Below, piece after piece: positions 11,997 through 25,099 of a DNA stretch of 40,790 nucleotides. Source of the stretch: Priapulus caudatus. Its lineage: Eukaryota. Position 1 is the stretch's first letter. Every line of letters begins with the position of its first letter. The translations under genes and the position numbers were made by a program. Location of the stretch: the NCBI RefSeq assembly GCF_000485595.1, contig NW_014577072.1, positions 458,433 through 499,222 of the forward strand, in the 5' to 3' direction. The notes under the pieces are model-generated. The model saw only the letters and a program-made list of their open reading frames with translations, was not told where the DNA came from and made no database searches.

Positions 11997-13472
11997 GTGG
12001 CAGAGTTGCAACAGTGACGTCTAGCAAGGGAGAGTTACAGCAGTGACATCTAGCAATGGGGAGACAAACTTGCAGGAGTCACATGTAACGAACTTCTATA
12101 GGTACACAATCTAATTGAAAGTCGTACGAATTCATAAATGATAAATTCTGCTTTTTAAAATTAGCTTTGATAATAAAAAATACGTGTATGCTTTATATGG
12201 ATTATTAATTGGATATTCACATATTCTGCACAAAGCTAATAAGGTTCTCCTATATTGTTGATGCAAATTCAATGTGCAATTTAAGACTGGTGTGAATTTG
12301 AATTATTCCATGAATGTCCTGGTATTTAGTCACCCGTGTCATCGAATTTTCTTATGCCACCATGTTGTATTATTCCTTGTAACACATGGAAAAAGACAAT
12401 GATAGTAGACCTTTATGAAATATGAATTAAATGCAAAAACCTATCAACAAACATTAAGTTTTGTAGTGATTTGTGTATTTTTTATTTTAGCCATTTTCGT
12501 CAGGCAAATCAATACTACACTATGGATATACTTATCTTTGATAGTTGTTGTTTAAAGAAGACGGTGAACTAAAATACCAACAAAAGTTTCGAAATAATAA
12601 AACAAAAATTGCATATAGAACTGAACATTTTTTCATCAACTACTTTTCCAGATAACAAAATATTAAAATACATATGAACAGTCCTCTGGTAGAACAATTG
12701 TGACAATATGCCATTTATTGCAGATATCTGAAACCATAAAAATGCCACAATTGAATTTAATCCTAAGAATCCTTTTTACATTAATGCTTGTTTTAATGTT
12801 GCTGAACCTATCTCAGGAAGTACACAAAATTATGAACATGACATGATTGCAAAATGTTACAACTAGTGCTGTATATACATGAGAGATTGGCCATTTTCAG
12901 ATGCTCAAACATCGTCATGCTTTGCCACCATCCTCCTAATATCAACATCAACCATTTCTTTATATTCGCAAAACTTATACAAGGGTGGCAGGGCCTTATA
13001 GCCAAATCTCAACCGATTCTAAATGTATGAAATGTGACGAAATAGTTCAAATGCTGGATGTTGCTGCGAACTGAGTTCACAGCTAATGTTATAATTTAAA
13101 TTGTACAATATACACATCTGCAAAATAAAATCCCAATTAGTTCCATAATGAGACAAAATATCATTCATGTACAATTACATGTAGATCATACATATCATAC
13201 ATGCAGATTGATGTTTCTAAATATCAAACAGTGGCAAATATTTCATTTGCAGTTGGCCATTGCTGTTTTACCCAACCCTTCCGTGAACTACATACTGTAA
13301 TCTCAACTGGTTCCACAAAGTGTACAAGTTTGTTACAATCCAATGAAAATCAGATATTGAAACTGAGATTATTTCCACACATGTTTTACAAACCTAGTGA
13401 TACAGGTTTGATGCATTTTAATGCACTACAGTGTTTAATACTAAAAAAACAAAATACTATAACTCATAGTGC

Positions 13473-13543
13473 ACTCTCTCTCTCTCTCTCCCGCTCTTGC
13501 TTGCTCTCTTACTCTCGCACTCTCTCTCTCTCTCTCTCTTCTC
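13473..13543. repeat. Interrupted (CT)n microsatellite
   Basis: CTCTCT runs. Confidence 0.8.
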
Positions 13544-15544
13544 ATCTTCTTATCCACATATACAAGCACACATGCAAGAAAGGCATGTGTATAGAAAGGC
13601 ATAATTACACCTTTCAAAATGTATATTACTATGATACATGTAGTAGAATCTAGCTATTGCTTTAACAGGTCAGTAGATTTTATCACTGCATTAATGTTCA
13701 GTTCTGGAAGGGTAAAAGAAAAGCTACAATTTTGTATAAAACGTGTTCGTGTGAATGCAAATGTCAACCAGCTGATATTCATTTACATCAAAAAAATAAT
13801 GCTAATATCGGGGCCAAGCACCACAAGCACCACAAGCAGTAGTGAGGTGGCCAGTACAGATGATCACAAAAATAATAACCACAGTTTCACCCATGTTTAG
13901 TCCATATAGAGAAACAAAACCTGAGTGAAATATAACTTGTTGCTAACAATGAACCCATTATACTTTAAAGTACCCCTTACGATTAACGTCAATGAATAAG
14001 AATCAATGATAGTTGGCTTCTTCATATACATGTCTACAGAACTTTTAGTGAGAAACTGAGATTCTTTAAAAATACTCTTTTCTGCAAAATATAGCATTTA
14101 GGATTCTCACAATAGAGTTCTATGCAGCCACCCCATTGGACACCAGCTGTTCGTTAAGTATATTCACCATTTCCCTTTACTTGTCTGTTGAAATATACTA
14201 GCAGACGGCATCTTGTTCTTATAGAGTGTGGAAAAACTTCCCATCACGGGTTGATGTTAGTAAGGGCATACAGTCGTAAAAATCTGCTTCAAATAAATTA
14301 TGCAATTGAAGAACTGCCAAAAACTGGACCGAGCCAGATTCCTGGAGTGGGTTCTACTGATGTGGATTTAAACCCCTTGAGTCCAGTATAAAATAAAGTA
14401 ACCGAAAAAAAGGGTCATTAGACTACATTAATTACTTTAATTTTTCAAGTATTCCCATTTCAAACAGTAATGAACAACAGAACATTGCATATTTAGATAC
14501 AGATGACAATTGGCATTCATGCATTTGGAATTTCCATTGTCATCACACACCGATACCATCCAATGTTATTCGTGGGGTAGGGTGTATAAAACTAACAACG
14601 AACATGTCTAGATATTATTAACACTGTAGGTGGTTACAAAACATCGCAAGGCATTTTAGATTTGATGTCAGGCAATGGCTAAGGCGGGTTAAGCAAACCT
14701 CGACTATTATGCATGGGCACTGTTTTTCTCTTTCAGTTGTAAATATTGTGGAAAAATGATGAACATGAATGTATGATGAACATGAATGTAGTATTGTTTA
14801 ACGGTCATTTAACCTGCATATTCACAAGCACCATTAACAGATTAAACAAAATGATAGGCAAGAATTTGCCAACCATATAAATGTATATATCTTCATATAA
14901 ATGTTAACCAATAAATGACTAATCAGCAATGCAATACTTTTGCGGTTTGGCTTCAAAGTATGGGTAAGCTAGCTGAGAGCAGCTATTATATAACAATCAC
15001 CCCTAGGTTGGACTGCTTTGTTTGGAATGCCACAAACTACATATTGAATCTAATTTAGGTGGGCACGCAGACGGCTAAATGTCTATGCGAGTATTTATTG
15101 AACATGATCAATTATATGTGATAGGCGCACGAGTAGAAGTGGTCTGTGAAGTAACAACAGGAATGTGAGCGAGCGACACTGGTAAAGCATGAGTACTAAG
15201 CAGGGACTACTGCAGCTGCACGTGTGATAGCTACTCAATGACCTATCGTGTTGAATTTATATGGTGAACCAGGGGGCAATATTAAGAGCAGAGCAGTCGA
15301 AGCATTTGGGGCTCTAACCATTTACCCAGCTGATATGCATCGTGGAAATATCGCATGTTCCTTTAATTGCAGAGGTTTGACGAAAGAATCTTTGAAATCT
15401 GCCTGTGTTCCAGCTGCCAAGATTAGCTGAAGTGCTCAGTAATTGTAATTTTGATGATTCCACACTAGTGGTTAGAAACTGGAGCTTATGCATGGTTCAG
15501 TGATAATTGTAACTACAGAGTAAAGGGTGCCAAACTCATAATCC

Positions 15545-15672
15545 TTAGAACATGATTGGCTTGTCCTTGGTCTGGTCCTTGACATACTGTGTGAAACGCT
15601 TGACAAACCTCGGGTACTCACGCTTGTATATGGTTCTGAGTACAGATACTGGAGCCCAGCCTCCTGGATTCA
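15545..15672 (-). CDS. CERT1: CERT1 exon 13 (terminal)
   Basis: [31 protein letters not shown]...KPIMF then TAA. Confidence 0.93.
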
Positions 15673-18600
15673 CTGCAACAGAGATTGAACACTGAATTAG
15701 TTCAATCGCATTCGGGGAAAAGGAGGCCATTTGTGGCTCTAGAATAGGTGAGTCCACCAAAGTCTACCGAAGTATATCTTCAGTAAATTAAACGTGTTAT
15801 TATCATTGGTAAAATTCGGACACAATTGGCATCAGAGTTCTCCCCAGGCCTTTAATCCAAGTCGGGTCTGACATGATTTCAAAGCTTTAGCTATTTTGCA
15901 ACGTCCCATAAATCTTCCGACATGCCTTGATTTCCAGCTGTGCTTCCACAGCTTGATGTACCCATCTCCGAACTGATCGAGTTTGTGTGTGTATTGGGGC
16001 TGCTTATGACACGAATAGTTGACTACAATTGGTGCAACCCCCTCCCGGCCTTCTCCCATCTGCCCATAAATGCCATATCTTCTGACATTCGTAGAGAGAA
16101 CCCTGGATGTGCCCGTATTCCAGGATTTTACAAGGCCAAACATAATACAAGCCCATTTTCTAGGAATTCCAAGGCCCATAACCTATTTTATAGAGCTCTC
16201 CACATCTGTAAAATATCGTTGTAAAATTCCAGGACTTCTGGTTTCCCAAGACCTGTATTAACAATGTATTAGGTGATGTCTATGTGCTCCTACATGTGTA
16301 TGTAATTAATCAATAAAAGAACAAAAGGATTCTGATTGTGAGCATGAGTGAATGTTCTTTTACATGATTGTTAAACATGACACAAATGCATCCTGCCTAT
16401 AATGTGACTTGCCTGTCGGTCAAGCACTTACCTTGCGATGTATAGGTCAACTTGGTTGTAATGTGGTCACGTGTAATCTGTTCATGCTCACCAGGAGGAT
16501 CCATAACTGTCTGACAGATCAATGCTACGTTGAGAAGCATGCGAATGCACTTGGTCGGCTGCACAGATAAAACAAATTCAGTCACACAGGGCATATTACT
16601 GGGGTAACTGGGACATTACTACACACCGCAGCTTCCACACAGTTACAAAAGATCCATGATGCGCGGCAACATTACAAATGCCCGCTGTGCAGGCGGCGCA
16701 CTCTGCACTCACCGGCGCCTCTGGGTGTTCGGTCGAGTAGTTTGCCACCACCCAGATGGGCTGGCTCTCAGAGTCCGAGTCGTCATGGATCTGCCGGATA
16801 TGAGACCAGAAGCAGGCATCACGTGCCGTCGTTGGCCAGAGGCGCTTGTGATGCTGATACTCGACCAGTGTATCAGCTGCTAGTGTCTCGATGACCTTGG
16901 AGTTTTCTAAAGATGCTGTGCACAAGGTATAATATGTTACAGATGTTGTGAACGAGGTATAATATGTTAGAGATGTGAACAAGGTATTATACGTTAGATA
17001 TGTTGTGAACAAGGTACAATACGTTAGCTATGTGGTGAACAAGGTACAATACGTTAGATATGTGGTAAACAAGGTATTATACGTTAGATATGTTGTGAAC
17101 AAGGTACAATAAGTTAGAGATGTTATGCACAAGGTATAATACGTTAGGGATGGTGCGTACAAGGTACAATGCATTAGAGGTGTTGCGCACAAGGTACAAA
17201 GCATTTGTTAAAGTGACAGAACTATGCACAGCTCTTTCTATCGAATTTCGTCCTTTGCCACCTCACTGTGTTCACCATGGATCAGTAATTACTAATACTA
17301 ACAAGAGCCGCAGAACGTCTGGGCTCATCTGAGGTCTGTTGCTACGGTTATAAACGTAACATTTAAGTCGTGCGTAGTGACACCTTTGTTAGGCGCAGAT
17401 ATGCAGATACGCAGTCGTACACATCATTTCAGCAACGTTCTGCATTCTGCATACCTCCCCAATCCCATTGGTTGATACAAATCGCGTGCCTGAAACACCT
17501 GTTTTATGGTGCATTGTGACCCTAACCCAAACCCTATTAAAAAAAAAAAAAAAATAATTGTTGTAAAAATTATTTGTTGTTATTAAATTGTTGTAAATAA
17601 ATCATGTAAATATTTGCGTTTATTGGAAAAAAATAGTTAAATGGATAAAGATAGAAAAATACAGAAAACAGGTAAATAATAAAATATCAGATGGGATTCG
17701 ATCCAACGACCTTTGAGCAGTGACGCCTGTGCTGTACGCGTTCGGCTATTCAGGCTTATTGGGTTTCTAGATTATGGATGTGCCATAAATATGACAACAC
17801 TGACGTCATTGAGGCAGTTCACGAATCCATGTTTAACCCTCCTCTTGAGGGTCAAAGGGTTATCAGACACTTACTCTTCGCACGTCAGTGAAAAGCACAT
17901 TTCATGGTCCTTTCAATAAAGTGATAAAAATAGTAGGTCAGCGCTGAAACAAAAAAGTTTTTCACTCTGTCCATTAGGCCATGTCCTCAGAAAATGTCTG
18001 ATATCTGACCTTTCCCCCACTGCCCTTTGAGCTGTGACCTCCAATTTCGCACTGGTGATGGGTTTCCTGCCCATTACATTATACACCGAATATTAAGAGC
18101 ATAGGTCAACCTGATAAGATTTGTGCCGCAATTCCGTATTTCCTCCTATACCTCAAGTTAAGGGGGAAATATTCCCCCTCCGTTTACACATATTGACCTT
18201 TGACCCTTGCCCCCCCAAATTTGTCATCCTGAGTCCTTTTCACGATCCCCCCCCCCAACGTCCCGAATATCGTGACCGTACGTCGAGCGGTTAAGAACTG
18301 TTGACGGTTGCACGGACGCACGATCATGCGATTCTACAAGCTGCATCTGACTACGTCAGATGAGCTAAAAATGATTAAACTGTCGCTTAAACTGTTTCAT
18401 TGATTTTTACTGTTTGTTCGTATCAGGGATGAACTAACTGTGCGACTAGTTGTGAATACTGTGCATCGTTCACTGACAATAGATGAATGTTAGTTATAGG
18501 TGAATGGTACACTTACTATCCCAGTCTTTTCTTACACCCATGTCGAAGAAATAGTGACAAAGTTCATGAGCTGTGACACCCTTCACAACATGCATGGCCC

Positions 18601-21600
18601 TCAGAGGGTCTAGAACTAGCCCATTTTCCTCCAGCTCCATGCGATACAACTGAAACATATGACAAATTACTTACAGATACTACGTATCTCTACATTAAGG
18701 ACAAAAAAGGCACAATGCCTAAATAATGGCCAGTACAATATTGGTCAATAGAACATTATTGCAATACAGTGCCAGTATAAAAGCTACCTGCACCACTTTG
18801 AAGCACATGACATTAAATCATGTTAACTAGTTCCTATACAAACCCACCTTCATATCTCCTTCTTCAGCAAAGAGCTCCCAGTCTCCTTTGTGATTACCAA
18901 AGTCTGCCCTCATCAACCGTATATGCTCTGCTACACGTTCCTCAATCTAAAAAAAAATATAACTTAAAATAACACTTATTTATAGCTGACAATAATGCGA
19001 CTCTTATTACGCCGACATAACAAAAAAATATTAGAATGCAACATAAACTACATTATTTGCAAAACTACAACAAATAGTTCACATGTACTGACCTCTACAG
19101 ACAGCCTGTGCTCTGCAGGGTATGGCAATGATGTTGACTTCACTACAACCTGATGGTTCTCTCTTGACCACTGCCTCTGTAGCTACAGAGAGCCGAACAA
19201 GTCATTAGCAATGCATTACAGTATTACACTCCAGCATTGCAACCGCTACACTAGCACTCAGTATCGTAAAATGTCACACCTTGCAGCATCATTGGATGGT
19301 GAACTTACAGCAAAAGAAGATGAATATAATATATATATATATATACAGTGAAACCCCGATTTTACGCGAATTCGGATATAACACGATGAGTCGTTGGACC
19401 CCCTTTTTTTGCTCTTATATAGCCACGTATATATATAACCCCAATTTAGTGCGACCCCGCTTGTTTCGCGATGACATTTTATGGACCCCAACCATCGCGT
19501 TATAACGGGGCTACACTGTATATATATATATATATATATAATATATATTACACAATAAAAGTTATCATAAGCATGGGTTCACTTTCACCTGTTCATCTTC
19601 CTTATCTAGCTTGTCAAGAGCAGCATCAACTGCATCAAAGAACTCGTCTTCAGCAAGTGCACTGTATGGTCCCTCCTGTATGTGCACAACCAAGAAACAT
19701 ACATGAACGTGCAATAATAAAGGCAGTGGTTATGATATGACTGAGTATAATTCGAATGACATAATTCGAATGACTGAGCGTATGTCATCCTGACTGCAAC
19801 TGCAAGTGCTCAATTTCTCTTGAAGAATAAAACGTTCACACAGGATTGTGGAAAACATGTAAATACACTACACTGCAGCTAGGCTGTACATGCCTACAAA
19901 CACACACACACTAATACCTCAAAATCTGGCCCACCGCGAACGATGGGCTTTGTCTGTTTTTCTGCTTTCAGTTTTTCGCAGGCCCGTCTGTACAGCTCTT
20001 CAACCTTTTTCCTCCTGTCTAGCTCCTGCCAGATACATTCGTTTACACATCAGGTTACCCATTTGCCTTTGTAAGTTTTTGTATTAATACCAGTGTTTAA
20101 AAACCTCACGCTAAGAACACAAGCATTCAAGTCATCATAGAGGAGTAGATGCACTTACATATAATAACAAGTCACTAAGAATAAGGCAATACTTTTCATT
20201 TGATATGCTGTTGATAAGTAACATCATCATTGTTATTACTATTATCATTATTATTATAACAATAACCATATTATTATGTCACATGCACTTGCAAAGGCAT
20301 TGTTGATGAAGTAATATAAAGTGATCTGATTACTATAAATCGAGTTTGCTAAAAATATAATATTTTTCTTCCTAGTTTAAAATCGCATGCAATCGACACA
20401 CGCACCTTCTCAAGGCGCTTCTTCCAGCTGTCTTCTCTCTGTGTGAGCAACTCTATGCAGTGAGATAGTGTTGCTATTATTCCGGCTGTCGTTGCTTTAA
20501 ATGTGATTGCTTCACCCTTGAAGTCTATAGAGTGTGCTGCATGCACGGCAAGTGTTTCCTGTGAGCATGGCGAATCTGTGCAGAACCAGAGAGCTCACTG
20601 GAGGATGTAGCGAACAATAAACGAACCGCGTATTCATTCACGGGAACCGAGAGAAACCTGCTCGAGTTTTCCTCTCGCACTTCTTACCTCGTCAGCAGGT
20701 CATCTTAAATGTGATGCTGATAGCCATTCTATAACACTTATCAAATCAGTTTTGATCATTTTCGAGAATATATTAGCAGTGTCCAATATAATCAAAACGC
20801 ACAACAATAGATACTCGTATTACGTTCTAGAGTAGAGGGTAAGCATCACCACTAATCCTTTGTCAAAACTAATATAAATGCAGGTGTAGTTGGCATTACC
20901 CTTGCGGAAGCGGGGAAGAAGGTGATCAGTGTTGACAGGCATGCCATACTCCTCGTCTATGTCATCAATTTCTCCGTCGCGATCGGGACCTAAATCACAC
21001 AGTGTAAATAATAGATGACTCCGCACAAAGAATTTTCATACAGTACACAATCTATTATCCGAAATTCTGAAAACCGAAAGTTTTTTCGTGGAGGTCGTCT
21101 GCACACCAAAGCTCCCGTTTGGCTGCACAAGGCTCTCTGCAGAAATGTTAATTGTGTTTGGCTTTACTCATACATATTGTACCGTACCAGTACAGCACTT
21201 GCCCTCTTGAAAACTTGGGTTTTAGTACTAGCTACTTTCAGGATATACGGTACGTATATCTATAGTCTATACTGTACTACAATTCCGAAATCAGAAAAAT
21301 TCCGAACTCCGAAAATGTGTCTGGTCCCAAGGGTCTCGGATAATAGATGGTGTACTGTGGCATGATTTAGATATTCAGAAGCATGCTTAATGGATATAGG
21401 GTAGACACCGGCATAGTGGGCGACAACACACGCTTAATATAGTCAGATAAATGTTTGACGAGGGCAGGTGCGCAAAGCAGTAGACTAGTTATTTTTACTT
21501 ACTGATTCGCTGGTCGTTTTGGTCAGACATGGCATCTGTGCAGGTGTCGAAGTACCTCTGTAGCGTGTCTACTTGCTGACACAAGATGTCTCTGAACGTC

Positions 21601-24600
21601 TCCATCTCAGCTAGTTTCTCCTTCAGCCCACGCCCTCTTTGCTACATTATATGACATTACGTAAGCCCTCAACTCTAGCCATTTTTTAGTAACATGATAT
21701 CACTCACGTTATATCATACGAACGAAACAAAGAGTCGTAAATATTTCCAGCCAATTTACTGGCTAGTATCGTACATTTTTCCCCCTCCAATCAACACAGG
21801 CAGCAGTTAACTTGAACGACTTCTCAACCCAGCCCACATGCCGACCTTATTTTTCAGTAATTGGTCATGTCTTGCCCCCCCCCCACTCTACCCCACCCAG
21901 GCCACCCCACTCTACCCCACCCAGGCCTACCCCATCTACCCCACCCAGGCCCTACCCCACTCTACCCCACCCAGGCCTATCCCACTCCTACTCACCTAGG
22001 CCTAACCCACCTCTACCCCACCCAGGCCCTACCCATTCTTTTTTCTTTTGTTCCCCACCCAGGCCTATCACTGTCTACCCCACCCAGGCCTACCCCATTC
22101 TACCCACCATGCCTCCTTCAGTCTTCCCCCACCCAGGCCTATCCCACTCTACCCCACCCAGGCCTACCCCACTCTACCCCACCCAGGCCTACCCCATTCT
22201 ACCCCACCCAGGCCTCCCCCAGTCTACCCCACCCAGGCCTAACCCACTCTACCCCACCCAGGCATACCCCACTCTACCCCACCCAGGCCTCTCCAGTCTC
22301 CCCACCAGGGCCCTATCCCACTCTACCCCACCCAGGCCTTAACCCACTCTTCACCCCACCCAGCCTTACCCCCATTCTACCCCCACCACAGGCCTCCCCC
22401 AGCTACCCTACCCAGGCCCTACCCCAACTCTACCCCCAACCCAGCCTATCACTCTACCCACCCAGGCCTATCCCACTCTACCCCACCCAGGACCCTACCA
22501 ATTCTACCCCCACCCAGGTCTACCCCACCTCCCCACTCTTACCCCACCCAGGCCTACCCCACCTCGCCCGGGCTCATCTCACGCCGCCCCGCTCCCACCC
22601 GGCCGGGCTCACCTTGAATGACGAGGTGCTCGTTGTTGACAGGCTGTTTGCTGACGTGATAGAGATGAGCGAGCCGTGCCGGTGCAGGTTGTTCTCGCTG
22701 CCGAAGCCAGAGTCGGCCTTGTAGTTCTCGAGCGCCTCGACCCAGCGCTGGCGGTCGTCGCCATCGCCACAGCGCAGGTACCACACGTTGTCGTTTACTT
22801 GTATATCGAACCGGCACTCGTCGAACTCGTGCGGCTGAAACGGGTCGCGAGGTCAAGGGTCAAGATTCTGCGCTGAGCTCGGGCGGCTGAACGGAGATCA
22901 GAGGTTATGCTGCCCGATCGAGCTCGTGCAGCTGAAATGGGTCACAAGGTCAAAGGTCAAGATGCTTTGCTGAACTTTGGCAGCTGAAAGGGGATCCAAT
23001 GGTCCAGTGCTACACTGCTTTATCCAATCTGTGTGGCTGGTGACTATACTAAAGGTTACGCTCCTTCAAGGAAATTGGATGGAAATAAATTCTGGACATG
23101 ATCATGGGTTGCTTTAACAACTCGGTCAAGGCTGAAATAGTAACACGGATGAATAGCGCTTCGACAAAATGGTGTTCGATCACAATGTAAAATGTTGGGC
23201 TGCTTCGTGGGTTTACTCCAGTGGCCAAAGGAAGTGTCAGGGGTTACCTTGCACATGTCAAAGGGTTGGGCTGCTTCCCATACCTCCGCAGTTGCAGCTG
23301 ATCATGAAGATGCACGCAGCTGACAATGCTGGGCCGGTTGCTTATGCAGTGCACACGTGTCTAACCTAGTTAGAAACAGCTTGCACAGCTGCAGATATGC
23401 CTCGTGCCCTTATCCAGGAGGTTAACGTTTAACTTCAGTAGTTAGTATCAGAAGTAGATACTAGGGAAGTATAGTCGCCTATTATTATCTACTTCTGTTA
23501 GTACGTAGTTCCAGTGTAGTAAACTCATGGAGTTTTCAAACAACATAGATATGAATTGGCTTCAATTTATCTCTCGCTGTATTTTCGTGCTCATGCTACT
23601 TTGCTATAAATACCAAATGCGAAGAAGGCAAAAGGAAACAGGCTAAGAAGAAAGGAAGTAGCACACACGTATCTAGCTCTAGAACTATATAGCCCTTCGC
23701 TCTGCCATACGCACTTCTACAGGCCTGTGGCAGAGGGAAGGGCTATAGTTATAGAGCTAACACGTATCATGAGTAAAATGTGTAATGCGTAGTCTATCTC
23801 AAGTTAGCCACCCAGCTACGGCTCTCAAACACATCTATAATTTAAGAACAAGATGTTTTATTTATCCCTGCGCAATGTGTAATGAATGAAATGTACTAGA
23901 AAAATAGCATCACCGGACATGATGGAAGAACTGGAATGTACATACTACAACATTATGCTAATGTGTTCATACAGTGACCAACAGAAGTGAACAAAACCTC
24001 TCACCAATCAATCAAGCACCGCACAGAGAAACGTGTACACTAAAATCTCTCGGCATGCCATATAAAAGCCTAGCTTTTCTCTTCTGGTTTCCTGGTATAA
24101 CCGAACAATGCCCGGTACAGAATGTTCATGAATGCGTGGTTAGCGTTGATTTTGACCGTATATATATATAACGATTTCGATATTGTTCAGGTTTTCTTAT
24201 TATAGTAATTAATGTGCACGTATGCAAGTAATGCCGTCACTCCACTGGTGCCATCGTGGCTGCTTAGTGCTTACAGACCGCAGCATTAAAAAACTAACAA
24301 TTTCACAGGACTATGATTTATCGATTAAATCCAATTAATCTTACAAGAGGTATAGCACACAAATCAGGATGCAATACATGCTTGAATCGGGGGGGGGGCA
24401 TAGACACACAGGTCTCAGGTTATGCAATGCAAAACATGGGAGACGCGAGTTTTTAAACTGCAAGGTATAGTGCACATGATATACGAGATAAAGGAGATTA
24501 GGCCTGAGACAGGGCACTTGGAACAGAATCAGTGAAAACTGAAAATATGATGTCAACTTACTTTCCTACCTGCTATAGCCGCTCAACGTTTGGAACGTGC

Positions 24601-25060
24601 CGTGTCACTCATTTACTTATCGTAATACTAAGAGAAGTTTTATGATATCATCACATAATGCCATAATGCCAATTCCTAAAAAGCAGGCAATCTTCTACCG
24701 CTAGCAGATTGCACACGCGCAATATCTCGAGATTTGGTTCAAGAATGCATCTTTATATGGACAAAATTTAAATGGTCGTGATATTTATAACTTGTCGAGT
24801 ACCAGCGACCGAATTGGATTTGACTCACCCAAAGTCATTCGTTTGCGACTGGAAATTGCTTTGCACAAAAGTTCCGTGGATAATCGCAATGCTCTTACGA
24901 CAACTCCGTCGGATGACTCTGAATCTGGGCGAAGCTACAGAAGCGTGTGATTGGTCTGAACACACGTCAGAGGCTAGCAATAACGATACGAGACGGTTTC
25001 TTGCTAACAACAAATTTCCTGTTATAGAAAATTTGCACTACCCTGTGAAATCAATTCTTT

Positions 25061-25099
<39 letters not shown>

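Noticed and set aside
12000..15540. Short ORFs between the convergent ARMC6 and CERT1 ends
   Set aside because: No recognisable homology or exon structure. The region is likely 3' UTR and intergenic, with candidate AATAAA at 12172 (+) and 12714-12719 (-).
20688..20728. Possible extra CERT1 exon with a strong GAG|GTAAG donor
   Set aside because: Read in the required phase from the nearest AG it hits a TGA, and the flanking exons already join in frame. A poison exon cannot be supported without RNA data.
21812..22724. Pro-rich ORFs of 176 and 287 aa
   Set aside because: They are translations of the 25-bp minisatellite, antisense to CERT1.
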